Source of the DNA: Candidatus Parcubacteria bacterium
Lineage (GTDB): Bacteria > Patescibacteriota > Minisyncoccia > UBA6257 > HR35
Length of the DNA: 64,000 bases
Direction: 5' to 3'
NCBI GenBank assembly: GCA_026004535.1
Contig: BPJI01000001.1
Span: 79,915 to 143,914 of the forward strand
In this document: positions 11,209 to 21,644 of the stretch, piece after piece
Layout: every line of letters starts with the position of its first letter
How positions within the stretch are numbered: position 1 is the first letter of the stretch
Notes under the pieces: generated by a model
What the model was told of the DNA's origin: nothing
What the model saw: the letters and a program-made list of their open reading frames with translations, nothing else
The model's database searches: none
Made by a program: the position numbers and the translations under genes

Positions 11209-11361
11209 AATTTGATTAATTTAAATAAAATATAAGATTTTACATACAAACAATATTCTAAATTTGCAGAATGTGAGAATGTTTGGTATTGCTGGAATTT
11301 TATTTTTAAATTTGGTGATTATTTTTATTTAATTTCCGCGTAGGTCAGCGTGATAATATTA

Positions 11362-12533
11362 AATATTTGTGCTCTTAAGGCTTTATTTCTTGGTCTGATA
11401 AGGCACGATTATAGATTCGAACTTCATCGATGAAACCTTCATCCAAGTATCCAGGCGACCAGCATATCCTCCAATATAAAATTCCAATATATTTGAATGG
11501 AGTTTGCCTGCTTCCTGATTTTTAACTCTGCATTAAATAAATTTTCATTCCGCCGTATTTTTATCATATGTCCCACTAGTCAAATACCATTGATAACAGA
11601 TATACTACCAGATACACAATTTCGCTAGCTACATTAGTGGCATCATAGAATTAAATCTAAACGATTATCATCTCCAAGCAAACCGCAGTATGCCAACCTA
11701 TTTTGCAAATAAAATTGATGTCATACTTGAATCTGATTATACCAGACATAGTAAATGAGGAGTATTACGTTGAGCTACATCATTAAAGATGGGTTGATTG
11801 GATACTTACATAATCATCACTCCATCAAAACTTAAAGCTTTACCTACTTTACCATCAACACAAGTTGGTCCATTAACTAAGTTCCATTATTTCCATTTCC
11901 TGATAAATCTTTAGCTGTACAATCATCAAAACTCCAATAACCTACAAGTCCTTGAGCTTGGTCAATTAATCTTTTGTTTGTTCCTGCTGAAAATAGATGA
12001 GGGTAATTATCATTATCATTTTTTGAAGCTTGATTTCTAGAATCTTCTAATTGAGCATAGACAGCATAACTTCCTCCAGCAACAAACGCATAGTAATATG
12101 GAGGTCTATTGATTGGATCAATGAAAAGTCTAGAAAGATTAATGCTTGAAAATTGATTAAAAGGAATAGGAATCCAGCCAGTACCATCAATATTTGTTGG
12201 AGTTGCTGAGCATCTATATGACCAGCCTGAAGGAAGCTGTGGTAATTGACTTATCCATTGACCACAAGTTGATGAAGTATCAGGAAGAGAGATATAGACA
12301 ACATTTGAGGAAGCATATTGAAGTTCAGAAAAGGTGCCTTGAGTTTCAAAAAGAATAAGGTCAAATATTTTTTCAAGATTTTTAAGGTCTGAAGTTCTTT
12401 GACTATCTCTACCTCTTTTAAAGATATCTGCTGGCTTAATGACAACAATTAAGACAGTAGCTAAGATAGCTATTAGAGCTAAGACAACTAAGAGTTCAAC
12501 TAAAGTGAAGGATTTATTCATTTTTTTATTCAT
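11362..12533 (-). CDS. Type IV pilin N-terminus fused to LamG/concanavalin-like domain, copy 1 (C-terminal half frameshifted in this sequence)
   Basis: KSFTLVELLVVLALIAIL prepilin motif; GLVGYWSFD, GKVGKALSFDG and DEVRIYNRALSDQEI continue across indels past the called ORF end at 11877. Confidence 0.85.
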
Positions 12534-12579
12534 AATTCTAACTTCTGACTTCTAATTTTTATATTTTAATTATAACTCG

Positions 12580-13476
12580 TTAACTCTTTGATAATAAATA
12601 ATTTAATGAAATATCTTCGGGTATTTCTTTGATGTTAAGATAAAATTTTTTGAATTTCTTGTCTGTTTTAGCTAAGACTGAGATTAATAATTTTATTTCT
12701 TCTAAGGTTAGATTTTTTGATTTCTCTTTTAATTTTTGTAAATAGTAATCATTAGTTTTAATTTTGCCAATTTTTCCTTTTTTAATTAAATAAATTTTGA
12801 CCAAAGAATGAAAAAGAAGACTTAAAGCTCTTAAAGAATCAGCATTGTCTTTACTTTTATCTTCTAAAATAAATTTTTTAAAGTGGTGAATAAATAATGG
12901 CCAATTCCTTTCTAAGAAATAATCTTGAATCTTAAAAACATTAGTCTTAAAATGTAAAATTTGCTTTAAACTTTTTTGATCTCCTCCTAAAAGAGCTATT
13001 TTTTCTAAATCAGCTAATAATAAATCAATATTGTCTTGATAATTTTCTTTAAGCACTTTAATTATTTCTGGAGATAATTTTAAATTGTGTTCTTGAGCAT
13101 ATTGGGCAATGAAATTTTCTAAGCTTCTTTTGTCAGGCAATCTTAATTGAAAAACTTTAAATTTTAATTTATTTTTTCTTAATAAATCTAAAAATTCTGT
13201 TGGCTCATCAGGAAAAACAAAAATGAAATTTAAGTCAGAATTAGATTTAAGAAATTCAACTAAAATTTGGAGGTCATTTTTTTTAATCTTAGCTAAATTT
13301 TTGAGAACAATGTCATTTTTTTTGCCAAATAAAAATTGATTAGTAATTTTTTGTAATTCTAAAAAAAAATCATGAAAATTATTATTGTAAATTAATTGAC
13401 GAAAATTGGTACTTAATTCTTGAATTTTTCTTTCAATTAAGGATTGATTCTGACCAATAATGACATTGAGGCTCAT
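12580..13476 (-). CDS. holA: DNA polymerase III delta subunit-like
   Basis: Size and divergent AAA+ clamp-loader pattern (LLADLEKIAL; C-terminal LAKTDKKFK); near rpsT as in many genomes. Confidence 0.65.
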   Translation of the reverse strand: MSLNVIIGQNQSLIERKIQELSTNFRQLIYNNNFHDFFLELQKITNQFLFGKKNDIVLKNLAKIKKNDLQILVEFLKSNSDLNFIFVFPDEPTEFLDLLRKNKLKFKVFQLRLPDKRSLENFIAQYAQEHNLKLSPEIIKVLKENYQDNIDLLLADLEKIALLGGDQKSLKQILHFKTNVFKIQDYFLERNWPLFIHHFKKFILEDKSKDNADSLRALSLLFHSLVKIYLIKKGKIGKIKTNDYYLQKLKEKSKNLTLEEIKLLISVLAKTDKKFKKFYLNIKEIPEDISLNYLLSKS

Positions 13477-13479
13477 TAA

Positions 13480-13770
13480 TTATTTTATTGCTTCCTTTAG
13501 ATCCTTGGCTGGAGTAAAACGAGGAACTCTTTTACCCGGAACTTCAATTTTTTCTCCTGTTTTAGGATTAATAGCCGTTCTTGCTTTTCTTTCTCTAACT
13601 TTAAAAGTGCCCAAGCCAACGATTTTTACTTGGACTCCCTGTTTTAAATTATTAGTAATTTCTTGAACCAACCAGACTAAAACCTCATTTGCTTCTTTTT
13701 TTGTCATATTAAATTTATCGACCATTTTTTGAGCTAGATCTTTGACTTTAACAATGTTACCCTTTGCCAT
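13480..13770 (-). CDS. hup: HU family DNA-binding protein
   Basis: GLGTFKVRERKARTAINPKTGEKIEVP...FTPAKDLK. Confidence 0.95.
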   Translation of the reverse strand: MAKGNIVKVKDLAQKMVDKFNMTKKEANEVLVWLVQEITNNLKQGVQVKIVGLGTFKVRERKARTAINPKTGEKIEVPGKRVPRFTPAKDLKEAIK

Positions 13771-13841
13771 TTTAAAATAAAGTTTTAAAGACGACCTAAT
13801 TTTAATATCATTTTACAACAAAGATCCTAAAAATCCAAATA

Positions 13842-15350
13842 TCAACGAGCATATTCAACGGCTCTATTTTCCCTAATGACTACTACCTTGATTTCGCCCG
13901 GAAATTTGACCTCTTTTTCTATTTTTTTAGCTATTTCTTTAGCTAAATTATATATTTCCAAGTCACTTACGAGCTCGGCCTTGACAAAAACCCTTAATTC
14001 TCTACCTCCGGCAGTTGCAAAACATTTTTCCACACCCTCAAAAGAACTAGCTATTTTTTCTAATTGTTGTAATCTCTGAAGATAAATTTCAACAGTTTCC
14101 CTCCGAGCACCGGGACGAGCGCCGGATAGAATATCTGCAGCTAGAACTATGTAAGCATAAGGATTGGCAAAAGGATAAGTTTCATGATGAGATCTCATTC
14201 CTAAAATCACTTCCTCCTCAATGCCATATTTTTCCAAAATTCTAATACCTATTTCCAAATGACTTCCTTCAATATCGTGAGTAACCGCTTTACCAATATC
14301 ATGTAAGAAAGCTGCTTTTTTAGCAATATAAGGATCAAGTCCGAGTTCCTCGGCAATCATCTTGGCAATATAAGCCATCTCAATTGAATGCTGTAAAACA
14401 TTCTGCCCATAACTATATCTAAACTTCAATCTACCCATTAACAGAATAATCTCCTCAGGCAAATCAAAAAGACCAACTTCATAAGCAGCATTCCTGCCAG
14501 CTTCCTCAATCATTTTTTCGATTTCTTCTTTACTCTCGGCAACTTTTTCTTCAATTGTTACTGGGTTAATTCTCCCATCTTTCATTAGTTTTTCTAAAGC
14601 TAAACGAGCAATTTCTCTTTTGACTGGGTCAAAAGAAGATAAGACAACAACATCGGGCGTTTCATCAATAATAATTTCAACCCCCGTTAAGTTCTCAAAA
14701 TGCTTAATATTTCTCCCCTCCTTACCAATAATTCTTCCTTTCATCTCCTCGTTCGGTAAATTAACAACAGTTGTTGTGATCTCGTTTACAACTGAACGAG
14801 CATAACGAGGTAATGCCTCTAAAATTATTTTTTTAGCTTCTGCCTCAATTTTCTCCTTTTCCTGCTGTTTTAGCTTCATTAATCTCTCTATAATTTCTAC
14901 CTCATTCTCTTTTTCAATTTTCTGAAACAAAATTTTCAAAGCCTCTTCTTTAGTAAAACCACTGATTTTTTCTAGGCTTTTTTCTAAAAATTTTTCTTTT
15001 TCATTTAAAGCCTGAGTTCTTGCTTCTAGTTCTTTATTTTTTTCAATTAGATCTTTCTCTTTCTCAATCAAAGTCATTTCCTTTTCGTCTAAAATATTTT
15101 CTTTTTGACTAATTCTTTTTTCTTTTTCTAAAATATCTTCTAAAATTCTTTCTTTTTCTTTTTTAGCTTCTTCAATAATGATTAGAGATTTTTCTCTAGC
15201 TTCAGCCAAAATAGACTCGGCCTCTTTCCTTTTTAACTCAAGCTCTTCCTCAATTTCTTTTAGTTTGGCTCCCTCTTTTTTAATAATTAATATTTGTCTT
15301 AAAAAATAACCAATTAAAATACCAATTATAAAAACCAAAAAATTAATCAT
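13842..15350 (-). CDS. rny: Ribonuclease Y
   Basis: TM, coiled coil, KH (KGRIIGKEGRNI), HD (LHDIGK). Confidence 0.98.
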   Translation of the reverse strand: MINFLVFIIGILIGYFLRQILIIKKEGAKLKEIEEELELKRKEAESILAEAREKSLIIIEEAKKEKERILEDILEKEKRISQKENILDEKEMTLIEKEKDLIEKNKELEARTQALNEKEKFLEKSLEKISGFTKEEALKILFQKIEKENEVEIIERLMKLKQQEKEKIEAEAKKIILEALPRYARSVVNEITTTVVNLPNEEMKGRIIGKEGRNIKHFENLTGVEIIIDETPDVVVLSSFDPVKREIARLALEKLMKDGRINPVTIEEKVAESKEEIEKMIEEAGRNAAYEVGLFDLPEEIILLMGRLKFRYSYGQNVLQHSIEMAYIAKMIAEELGLDPYIAKKAAFLHDIGKAVTHDIEGSHLEIGIRILEKYGIEEEVILGMRSHHETYPFANPYAYIVLAADILSGARPGARRETVEIYLQRLQQLEKIASSFEGVEKCFATAGGRELRVFVKAELVSDLEIYNLAKEIAKKIEKEVKFPGEIKVVVIRENRAVEYAR

Positions 15351-15408
15351 TGGTTTAAAAATTTTACTGACGACTAAATCTTTTAATATAATAATTTTAA
15401 CCGAGGAA

Positions 15409-16971
15409 ATGCCAAAGAAAAAGATTGTTTTATTAATTTTAGACGGATGGGGAAAGGGTGAAGAAAATATTTCTAATCCTTTTCGTTTTGTTCAAACAAA
15501 AAATTTAGATTATTATCGAAAATTTTTTCCCTTTTGCCTTTTAAACGCTTCTGGTTATGCAGTTGGCTTAGCTTCTGACCAACCAGGTAATTGCGAAAAC
15601 GGACATCTAGTAATTGGCACAGGTATAATTTTTTATCAATTAAATGTCAAAATAAATTTAGCGATTGAATCAGGAGAATTTTTACAAAATCAAAAACTCC
15701 TTGATATTTTTCGTCATTGTCGAGCCTTCAATTCGCGTCTTCATTTAGCTGGACTTTTAAGCCAAAATAATAATTTAGCTGACTTCAATCATTTACTTGC
15801 GTTACTTAAATTAGCTAAACAAGAAAAATTTAACGATGTTTATTTGCATTTTTTTACTGACGGCATTGATTCCCCGCCAAAATCTGCTTTAGATTTAATT
15901 GAAAAATTAGAAAATATAATCCAAAGGGAAAATTTGCCTGGTAAGATTGCTACTTTATGCGGTCGATTTTATGCTCTGGATAGAACAAATGAATATTTTT
16001 TAAGAACTCAAAGGGCTTTTTTACTTATAATTGAGGGTAAAGGTAGTTTTGCTTCTGACCCCAAAGAAATATTAAAAGAAAAATATAAACAGCCAGACTT
16101 TAATGATAGCCTTTTAGAGCCAACTATTTTTGACCGAAACGGTTATCTTCAAGACAATGATGCTCTTTTGTTTTTTCAGCATGAAGGTAAAAGCATTTTC
16201 CAGTTGGCCAATTCATTCTTAAATCCCAATTTTCAGGAATTCAAAAGACCAACAAGAAAAAATTTGTATATTGCCTCTTTAACTCGCTATTTAGAAAATA
16301 TTGATTATCCTGTAATTTTTGAAGAACAAAAAATAATAACCAACTTAAGCCGCATCCTGGCTGAAAATAAATTAAAACAGATAAAAATTATTGATGAATC
16401 AAGAAAAGAATTGTTAAATTTTTATTTTAATGGTTTCATTGCCGAAGAGCATCCAGGAGAAGTTTTTAAAATTCTGCCTCCTTTTGATAGCGATTGGGAA
16501 AATCTTCAAAAACAAACAAGAGAGTTTTTTGATTATTTAAAAATAACAATCAAAGAAGGTGCCTTTGATTTTATTGTTGCCAGCTTGCCAACTTTTGATC
16601 TTATAGGTCATAAAGGTGATTTTAATTTAGCTCTTAAAGGTATCGAAGAAATGGATAAAATCTTGGGAGATTTTACTAATTTTTGTTTAGAGAATAATTA
16701 TACTTTAATTTTAACTTCTGATCATGGCAATATTGAAAAAATGATTGAGCCTAAATCCGGTCAAAAAGAAACATTACATAATTTAAGTCCGGTTTATTTC
16801 TTTTTAATTGACAAAGAATATCAAAAAGAAAAAACAAAGGAAGAAATATCTTTTTTTAATAAAAAAATTTTAGGCTCTTTGGTAGATATTGCACCGACAA
16901 TTCTAGACTTGATGAACATTAAGATTCCTAAAGAATTTAGTGGCAAAAGTCTTTTAAGATATTTATTATGA
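15409..16971 (+). CDS. gpmI: BPG-independent phosphoglycerate mutase homolog with altered active site
   Basis: LILDGWG, DLIGH, TSDHGN, DIAPTIL retained; GNSEVGH appears as GNCENGH. Confidence 0.8.
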   Translation: MPKKKIVLLILDGWGKGEENISNPFRFVQTKNLDYYRKFFPFCLLNASGYAVGLASDQPGNCENGHLVIGTGIIFYQLNVKINLAIESGEFLQNQKLLDIFRHCRAFNSRLHLAGLLSQNNNLADFNHLLALLKLAKQEKFNDVYLHFFTDGIDSPPKSALDLIEKLENIIQRENLPGKIATLCGRFYALDRTNEYFLRTQRAFLLIIEGKGSFASDPKEILKEKYKQPDFNDSLLEPTIFDRNGYLQDNDALLFFQHEGKSIFQLANSFLNPNFQEFKRPTRKNLYIASLTRYLENIDYPVIFEEQKIITNLSRILAENKLKQIKIIDESRKELLNFYFNGFIAEEHPGEVFKILPPFDSDWENLQKQTREFFDYLKITIKEGAFDFIVASLPTFDLIGHKGDFNLALKGIEEMDKILGDFTNFCLENNYTLILTSDHGNIEKMIEPKSGQKETLHNLSPVYFFLIDKEYQKEKTKEEISFFNKKILGSLVDIAPTILDLMNIKIPKEFSGKSLLRYLL

Positions 16972-18221
16972 AAAACATAGAACTTAAAAATATCCCTGAA
17001 AGTCCTGGTGTTTATATTTTTAAAGATAAAAATAATAATGTTTTATATGTTGGTAAAGCAAAAAATCTGCGGAAAAGAATTAAGCAATATTTTAATTTTT
17101 CATCTTTAAAAATTAAAAAACTTTTAGAAGCAGCTCAAGATATTGAAACAATTGAAACAAAAAATGAAGTCGAAGCTATTTTTAAAGAAAGTGATCTAAT
17201 TAAAAAACTTAAACCACCATTTAATCAACTTTTAAGAGACGATAGTCGTTATTTTTATTTAATTTTTACTGACGAAACTCTACCAAGAATTTTCCTTACC
17301 CATCAAATAGAAAAATTTAAAGCTCAGGAGATTATTGGTCCTTTTTCTGAAGGCAGTAGTTTGAAAGAGATTTTAAAAATTATTAGAAAAGAAATTCCTT
17401 TTTGCACTTGTCAAGAAAAACATCTTCGTTTCTGCCTAAATGCTGAATTGGGACTTTGTTTTGGTTGGTGTTGTTTAAAAAATGCCGAATTTGACAAAAA
17501 AAAATTAAGAAATTATCAGCAAAATATTAATTTAATTAAAAAAATATTTGGAGGCAATTTAACTTCACTAAAAAAATCAGTCTTAAAACAAATTAAAATT
17601 CTTTTAAAAAGAAATGAATTAGAAAAAGCTAATAAATTAAAGCAGGCATTTTTAGCAATTGAAAAATTAGAAACCAATCAAGATTTAATTAAGGATGAGA
17701 GTTTATTTTTAGAGCATCAGCAAAGAAAAATTTTGTGGCAACTTAAGGAAATTTTAAATCTTAAAACTTTGCCCCATTTAATTGAAGCTATTGATATCTC
17801 CCATTTGGCTGGTAAAGAAAAAGTTGGTGTCATTGTTTCTTTTTTAGATGGTCTTTATCAACCACATTTACTTAAAAAATTTAAAATTAAAACAATTCTT
17901 AAGCCAGATGATCCGCGAATGATTTACGAAGTCCTTTTAAGAAGATTAAAACATAAAGAATGGGGTTTGCCTGATTTATTTTTGATTGATGGTGGTAAAA
18001 TTCAATTTAAAATGGCAAAGAAAGCTATTACTGAAAACAATTTAGAAATTAATATTATTGCTTTAGCTAAACCAAAAGAAGAACTTTATTTGGCTGAAAA
18101 TAAAAAAATTAACTTAAAAGATTATCCTTTAATTAGAAATTTTATTTTAGCACTTGATAAAAAAACTCATCAAATTGTGTTAAAATATCATCGAAGGGAA
18201 AGAGAGTCGTTGATTATCTAG
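16968..18221 (+). CDS. uvrC: UvrC-like excinuclease subunit lacking C-terminal HhH
   Basis: GIY-YIG (PGVYIF...LYVGKAKNLRKRI), IEAIDISH, PDLFLIDGGK. Confidence 0.9.
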   Translation: MKNIELKNIPESPGVYIFKDKNNNVLYVGKAKNLRKRIKQYFNFSSLKIKKLLEAAQDIETIETKNEVEAIFKESDLIKKLKPPFNQLLRDDSRYFYLIFTDETLPRIFLTHQIEKFKAQEIIGPFSEGSSLKEILKIIRKEIPFCTCQEKHLRFCLNAELGLCFGWCCLKNAEFDKKKLRNYQQNINLIKKIFGGNLTSLKKSVLKQIKILLKRNELEKANKLKQAFLAIEKLETNQDLIKDESLFLEHQQRKILWQLKEILNLKTLPHLIEAIDISHLAGKEKVGVIVSFLDGLYQPHLLKKFKIKTILKPDDPRMIYEVLLRRLKHKEWGLPDLFLIDGGKIQFKMAKKAITENNLEINIIALAKPKEELYLAENKKINLKDYPLIRNFILALDKKTHQIVLKYHRRERESLII

Positions 18222-18227
18222 ATAAAA

Positions 18228-18632
18228 CGCTGACAGCTACAGAAAATCACTTCGTGACGCTGACAGCTGCGGGAATGTTTTAACTACACGGACGGTCTAC
18301 CGGATATAGTTACCCGGATAGCTTGCCAGATAATGTTTACCCAGATGATTACTGGGATAGATTACCCGGATAGCCACCTGGATTATTTTACCCGGATGAG
18401 TACAGGATAAAAAATATTTTATAAATCATCCGGTTTATATCTGGTTAAGTATATGCGGTAAAAATCCGGGTAGAAGTTGTTATCCGGTTTATATCCGGGC
18501 AAATTCATCCAGTATGCATCCGGATAATTAATAATACGATTCACATCCGGGTAGTATTATCCGGTGATAATCCAGGTAGAAAATATTTTCTGCGGCTGTC
18601 CGCGGTAATAATACTGTCTGCTGTCCGCGGGA
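18228..18632. repeat. Nested ~400 bp palindromic short-repeat element
   Basis: About 9 ACCCGGATA-like units facing about 11 TATCCGGGT-like units, bracketed by 2x CGCTGACAGC and 2x GCTGTCCGCG. Confidence 0.9.
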
Positions 18633-18638
18633 ACAAGA

Positions 18639-18845
18639 ATGTTAAGTATAATTCAAATTATTTTATCAATCTTAATAATCATTTTAGTCTTATTACAACA
18701 AAGAGGAATTGAAGGGGGAGCTTTGTTTGGTAGTCAAACACAGGTTTTCCTTAAAAGAAGAGGCTTGGAAAAAAATATTTATTATTTAACTTGGATTTTA
18801 ATCATTGCTTTTATTTTTGTTTCCTTATTAAAAATAATTAAATGA
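18639..18845 (+). CDS. secG: Preprotein translocase subunit SecG
   Basis: LVLLQQRG..GGALFG...RRGLEK, two TM segments. Confidence 0.9.
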   Translation: MLSIIQIILSILIIILVLLQQRGIEGGALFGSQTQVFLKRRGLEKNIYYLTWILIIAFIFVSLLKIIK

Positions 18846-20347
18846 ATTTCTTTTTCTTAAAAATAAGAAAAATTATCTTAGAAAGAAAGATTATTGATTT
18901 TTTAATTTTATTTTTATTTATCTTAGGAGTTGGTTTTTTATTTTATTATTTAAGTTTAACTAAAACAATTAAGCCAAAAATAGGTGGTATTTATCGTGAA
19001 GGTTTGTTTGAAACATTAAACTCATTGAATCCTCTTTTACCAAAAAATGAAAGTGAAAAATCAATTTTAAATATCATTTATCCACCATTAGTTGAGTACG
19101 ATAATGGCGTTTTAATCTCTAAATTTTTAAAATCCTATTATTTTTCCCCCGATTATCTAACTTTAGCTTTTGAGCTTAAAGATTTAAAGTGGAGCGATGG
19201 TAGTGAATTAACAACTGATGATTTGGCTTTTTCTTTTGACTTATTTAAAAAATCTGGGCCATCTGATTTTATCAATAATTTTAGGAATGTTGAAATCAAA
19301 ATTATTGATAAAAAAAGAGCCGAGTTTCATCTTAAGTTCAATGATAATTATTTTTTATCTAGCTTAAAAAATTTTAAAATCTTACCTGCTAAAACCTATG
19401 CTAAAGCTGATTTTGATAATTTTAATCTTGATTTACTTAAAATTGGTAGTGGTCCGTTTGTTTTTGATTCTTTAAAAACTAGAAACGATTTAACCATTAT
19501 TAAACTTAAAAGAAACACTTTCTATCAACCTCAACCCTATTTAGATGAAATCCATTTTTATGTTTTCCCTTCGGCCAAGGCAGCTTTTGATGCTTTAATT
19601 TTAAAGGAAATCGATGGCCTAGCTGGAATTAATTATTTTGATTTGCCTCAAAATGTCTATTTTAATTATCAAATTTATTCCATAACCTTACCTCGGGTTA
19701 TTGGTTTATTTTTTAACAGTCAAAAAGTAAAACCTGAAATTGTTAATGTTTTAAATCAAGCAATTGATCGCCAAAAAATAGTTAAAGACATTTTTAAGGA
19801 CAAAGCCGAAATAAGCTTTGGCGTTTTTTCACCAAAAGTAAGAAAGGTTTTAAATTTAGATAATTTAAATTTTAATTCAACTTCGGCTTCACAAAAATTA
19901 TCTCTTAAAATAATTATTCCTTCTTCTTATTTTTATCCTGACATTGGTCGTTGGCTTAAAGAACATTATGGCTTAGAAACTGAATTTATCAAACCAGAAG
20001 ATTTAAATGAAATTTTAACAGGTAAAGATTACGAAGGAGTTTTGTCTGGCCTAAACTTTAACTATTATCCATCTATTGTTTCTTTCTTTTCTAAATTAGG
20101 TTATAATATTAATAATTTAGATGATGTCGATTTAGAAAGGGGTTTTCAAGATTTAATTACTAATCCCCAAACAAAAATAAATGAAAAATTGATGGCAATT
20201 GAAAAAAAGCTGTTGCGTTTTAACGTTTTTTTGACAAATCCTCATTATCTTTACTTTTTAAATAAAAATATTGCTGGTTTTGATCAATTTTTTTTACCAG
20301 CCCCTGAGTTTCGTTTTATTAAATTAGAATTTTGGTACCAAAAATGA
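18842..20347 (+). CDS. ABC transporter family 5 substrate-binding protein, membrane anchored
   Basis: GGIYREG...LNPL, KWSDG.ELTTDD, IGSGPF; follows secG as in many CPR. Confidence 0.8.
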   Translation: MNFFFLKIRKIILERKIIDFLILFLFILGVGFLFYYLSLTKTIKPKIGGIYREGLFETLNSLNPLLPKNESEKSILNIIYPPLVEYDNGVLISKFLKSYYFSPDYLTLAFELKDLKWSDGSELTTDDLAFSFDLFKKSGPSDFINNFRNVEIKIIDKKRAEFHLKFNDNYFLSSLKNFKILPAKTYAKADFDNFNLDLLKIGSGPFVFDSLKTRNDLTIIKLKRNTFYQPQPYLDEIHFYVFPSAKAAFDALILKEIDGLAGINYFDLPQNVYFNYQIYSITLPRVIGLFFNSQKVKPEIVNVLNQAIDRQKIVKDIFKDKAEISFGVFSPKVRKVLNLDNLNFNSTSASQKLSLKIIIPSSYFYPDIGRWLKEHYGLETEFIKPEDLNEILTGKDYEGVLSGLNFNYYPSIVSFFSKLGYNINNLDDVDLERGFQDLITNPQTKINEKLMAIEKKLLRFNVFLTNPHYLYFLNKNIAGFDQFFLPAPEFRFIKLEFWYQK

Positions 20348-21642
20348 AAATTGATTTATTTAAAGATAAATATCTTGATCTTTTATTTATTAATAATCGA
20401 AGCCTTGCTTATTTTAAAATAACTCAAGAAAAAGCAAAAATAAAAGTTTTAAAAAGTGAAAAAATTGAAGCTGAGATCTATAGCCAGGGCGCTTTTCGTT
20501 TAAGCAATTTAGAATCAGCAGTTCAGACATTGCTTAAAAAACATAAACTAACTGAATTAGGTATAGTTTTAAACATCCCTAATGTTATTTTTCAAAGAAT
20601 TAATTTACCTCGTGGGACTTCGGCTAAAGAGGCTATTATTAATTATTTAAAAACAAACTTTCCCTTAGCTATTGAAAAATATGCTCTTTTCTACAAAGAA
20701 GACAAGTATCGATCTTTACCAACCTTAGCTACTTTCAATATTTTTTTGATATCCAAAGAGATTATTGATCTTATATTATCCATTACTGAAAGATATGGCT
20801 TAACGCCACTTTTCATTACACCAACAGCCGAAATTTTTTATCAATATCTTGTCAACAAAACAATTCTTGATTTTAATGAAGATTATTTGGTTTTTGTCTT
20901 AACCGAAAATAATTTGGTTTCTTTTCTAATTAAAAATTTAAGATTAGAAAAGATTATTTTAGAAGAATATCTACCTGAAAGAATTGATTTAGAATTAGCT
21001 CTTAATAGAATTTATGATTTCTTAAGACCTGAACTTAAACCAACAACAAGAATTCTTCTTTTCTTGGAGCAACAGATAGAACTAACAAACATCGAACAGC
21101 AAAAATTCTTCTTCCCGATAACAATTAATGCTTTACTCGAGGGGGCTTACTTTGCCTTTACCAATATCTTAGCTGATAGGCAAATAGTTGATTTTGTGCC
21201 TTTAAAAAACTACACTATTTATTTTCTTAATCGTTTACCAGCAGCTTTAACTTTTCTTAGTCTTTATGTTCTGCCTTTAATTTTTTTAGCTTCAATTTCC
21301 TTTTTTATTTTACAAAATAAATTTAATAAAGAAATTACTACTCTCTCCGCCCAGATTAAAACAGTTCCTTCAATTCAGAATCAAACCGATTTAGAAAACT
21401 TAATTAAAATTACCTCACTGATTAAACCAGATATCATAGATAGATTTTTGGTTGTAAATAAAATTAAAAAATTTCCGCTTGATAAAATTGAATTTAATCA
21501 CCAAGAAGTCATCTTCTCTTTAAAATTTGACCAAAAAGAGCAAGAAAAAATAAAATTTGAAATTAGCCAAGAATTACCTAAGGCTAAATTAATTGAAGAG
21601 ACTAGTGAGGCAGATATGGTAAAATTAAAATATAGTTTTTAA
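20344..21642 (+). CDS. Hypothetical membrane protein, possibly a divergent PilM/PilN-like fusion
   Basis: Long ORF; large N-terminal soluble domain, one TM near residue 310, short C-terminal domain; family assignment tentative. Confidence 0.5.
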   Translation: MKIDLFKDKYLDLLFINNRSLAYFKITQEKAKIKVLKSEKIEAEIYSQGAFRLSNLESAVQTLLKKHKLTELGIVLNIPNVIFQRINLPRGTSAKEAIINYLKTNFPLAIEKYALFYKEDKYRSLPTLATFNIFLISKEIIDLILSITERYGLTPLFITPTAEIFYQYLVNKTILDFNEDYLVFVLTENNLVSFLIKNLRLEKIILEEYLPERIDLELALNRIYDFLRPELKPTTRILLFLEQQIELTNIEQQKFFFPITINALLEGAYFAFTNILADRQIVDFVPLKNYTIYFLNRLPAALTFLSLYVLPLIFLASISFFILQNKFNKEITTLSAQIKTVPSIQNQTDLENLIKITSLIKPDIIDRFLVVNKIKKFPLDKIEFNHQEVIFSLKFDQKEQEKIKFEISQELPKAKLIEETSEADMVKLKYSF

Positions 21643-21644
21643 AA

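Noticed and set aside
11362-11880. Stop-codon reassignment (code 25) explaining the broken ORFs
   Set aside because: The breaks are frame changes rather than in-frame TGA, and TGA ends several intact genes such as rny, yebC, leuS and pilB.
18228-18632. Possible CRISPR array
   Set aside because: Units are 9-11 nt, degenerate and switch orientation midway; there are no constant repeats with unique spacers and no cas genes.
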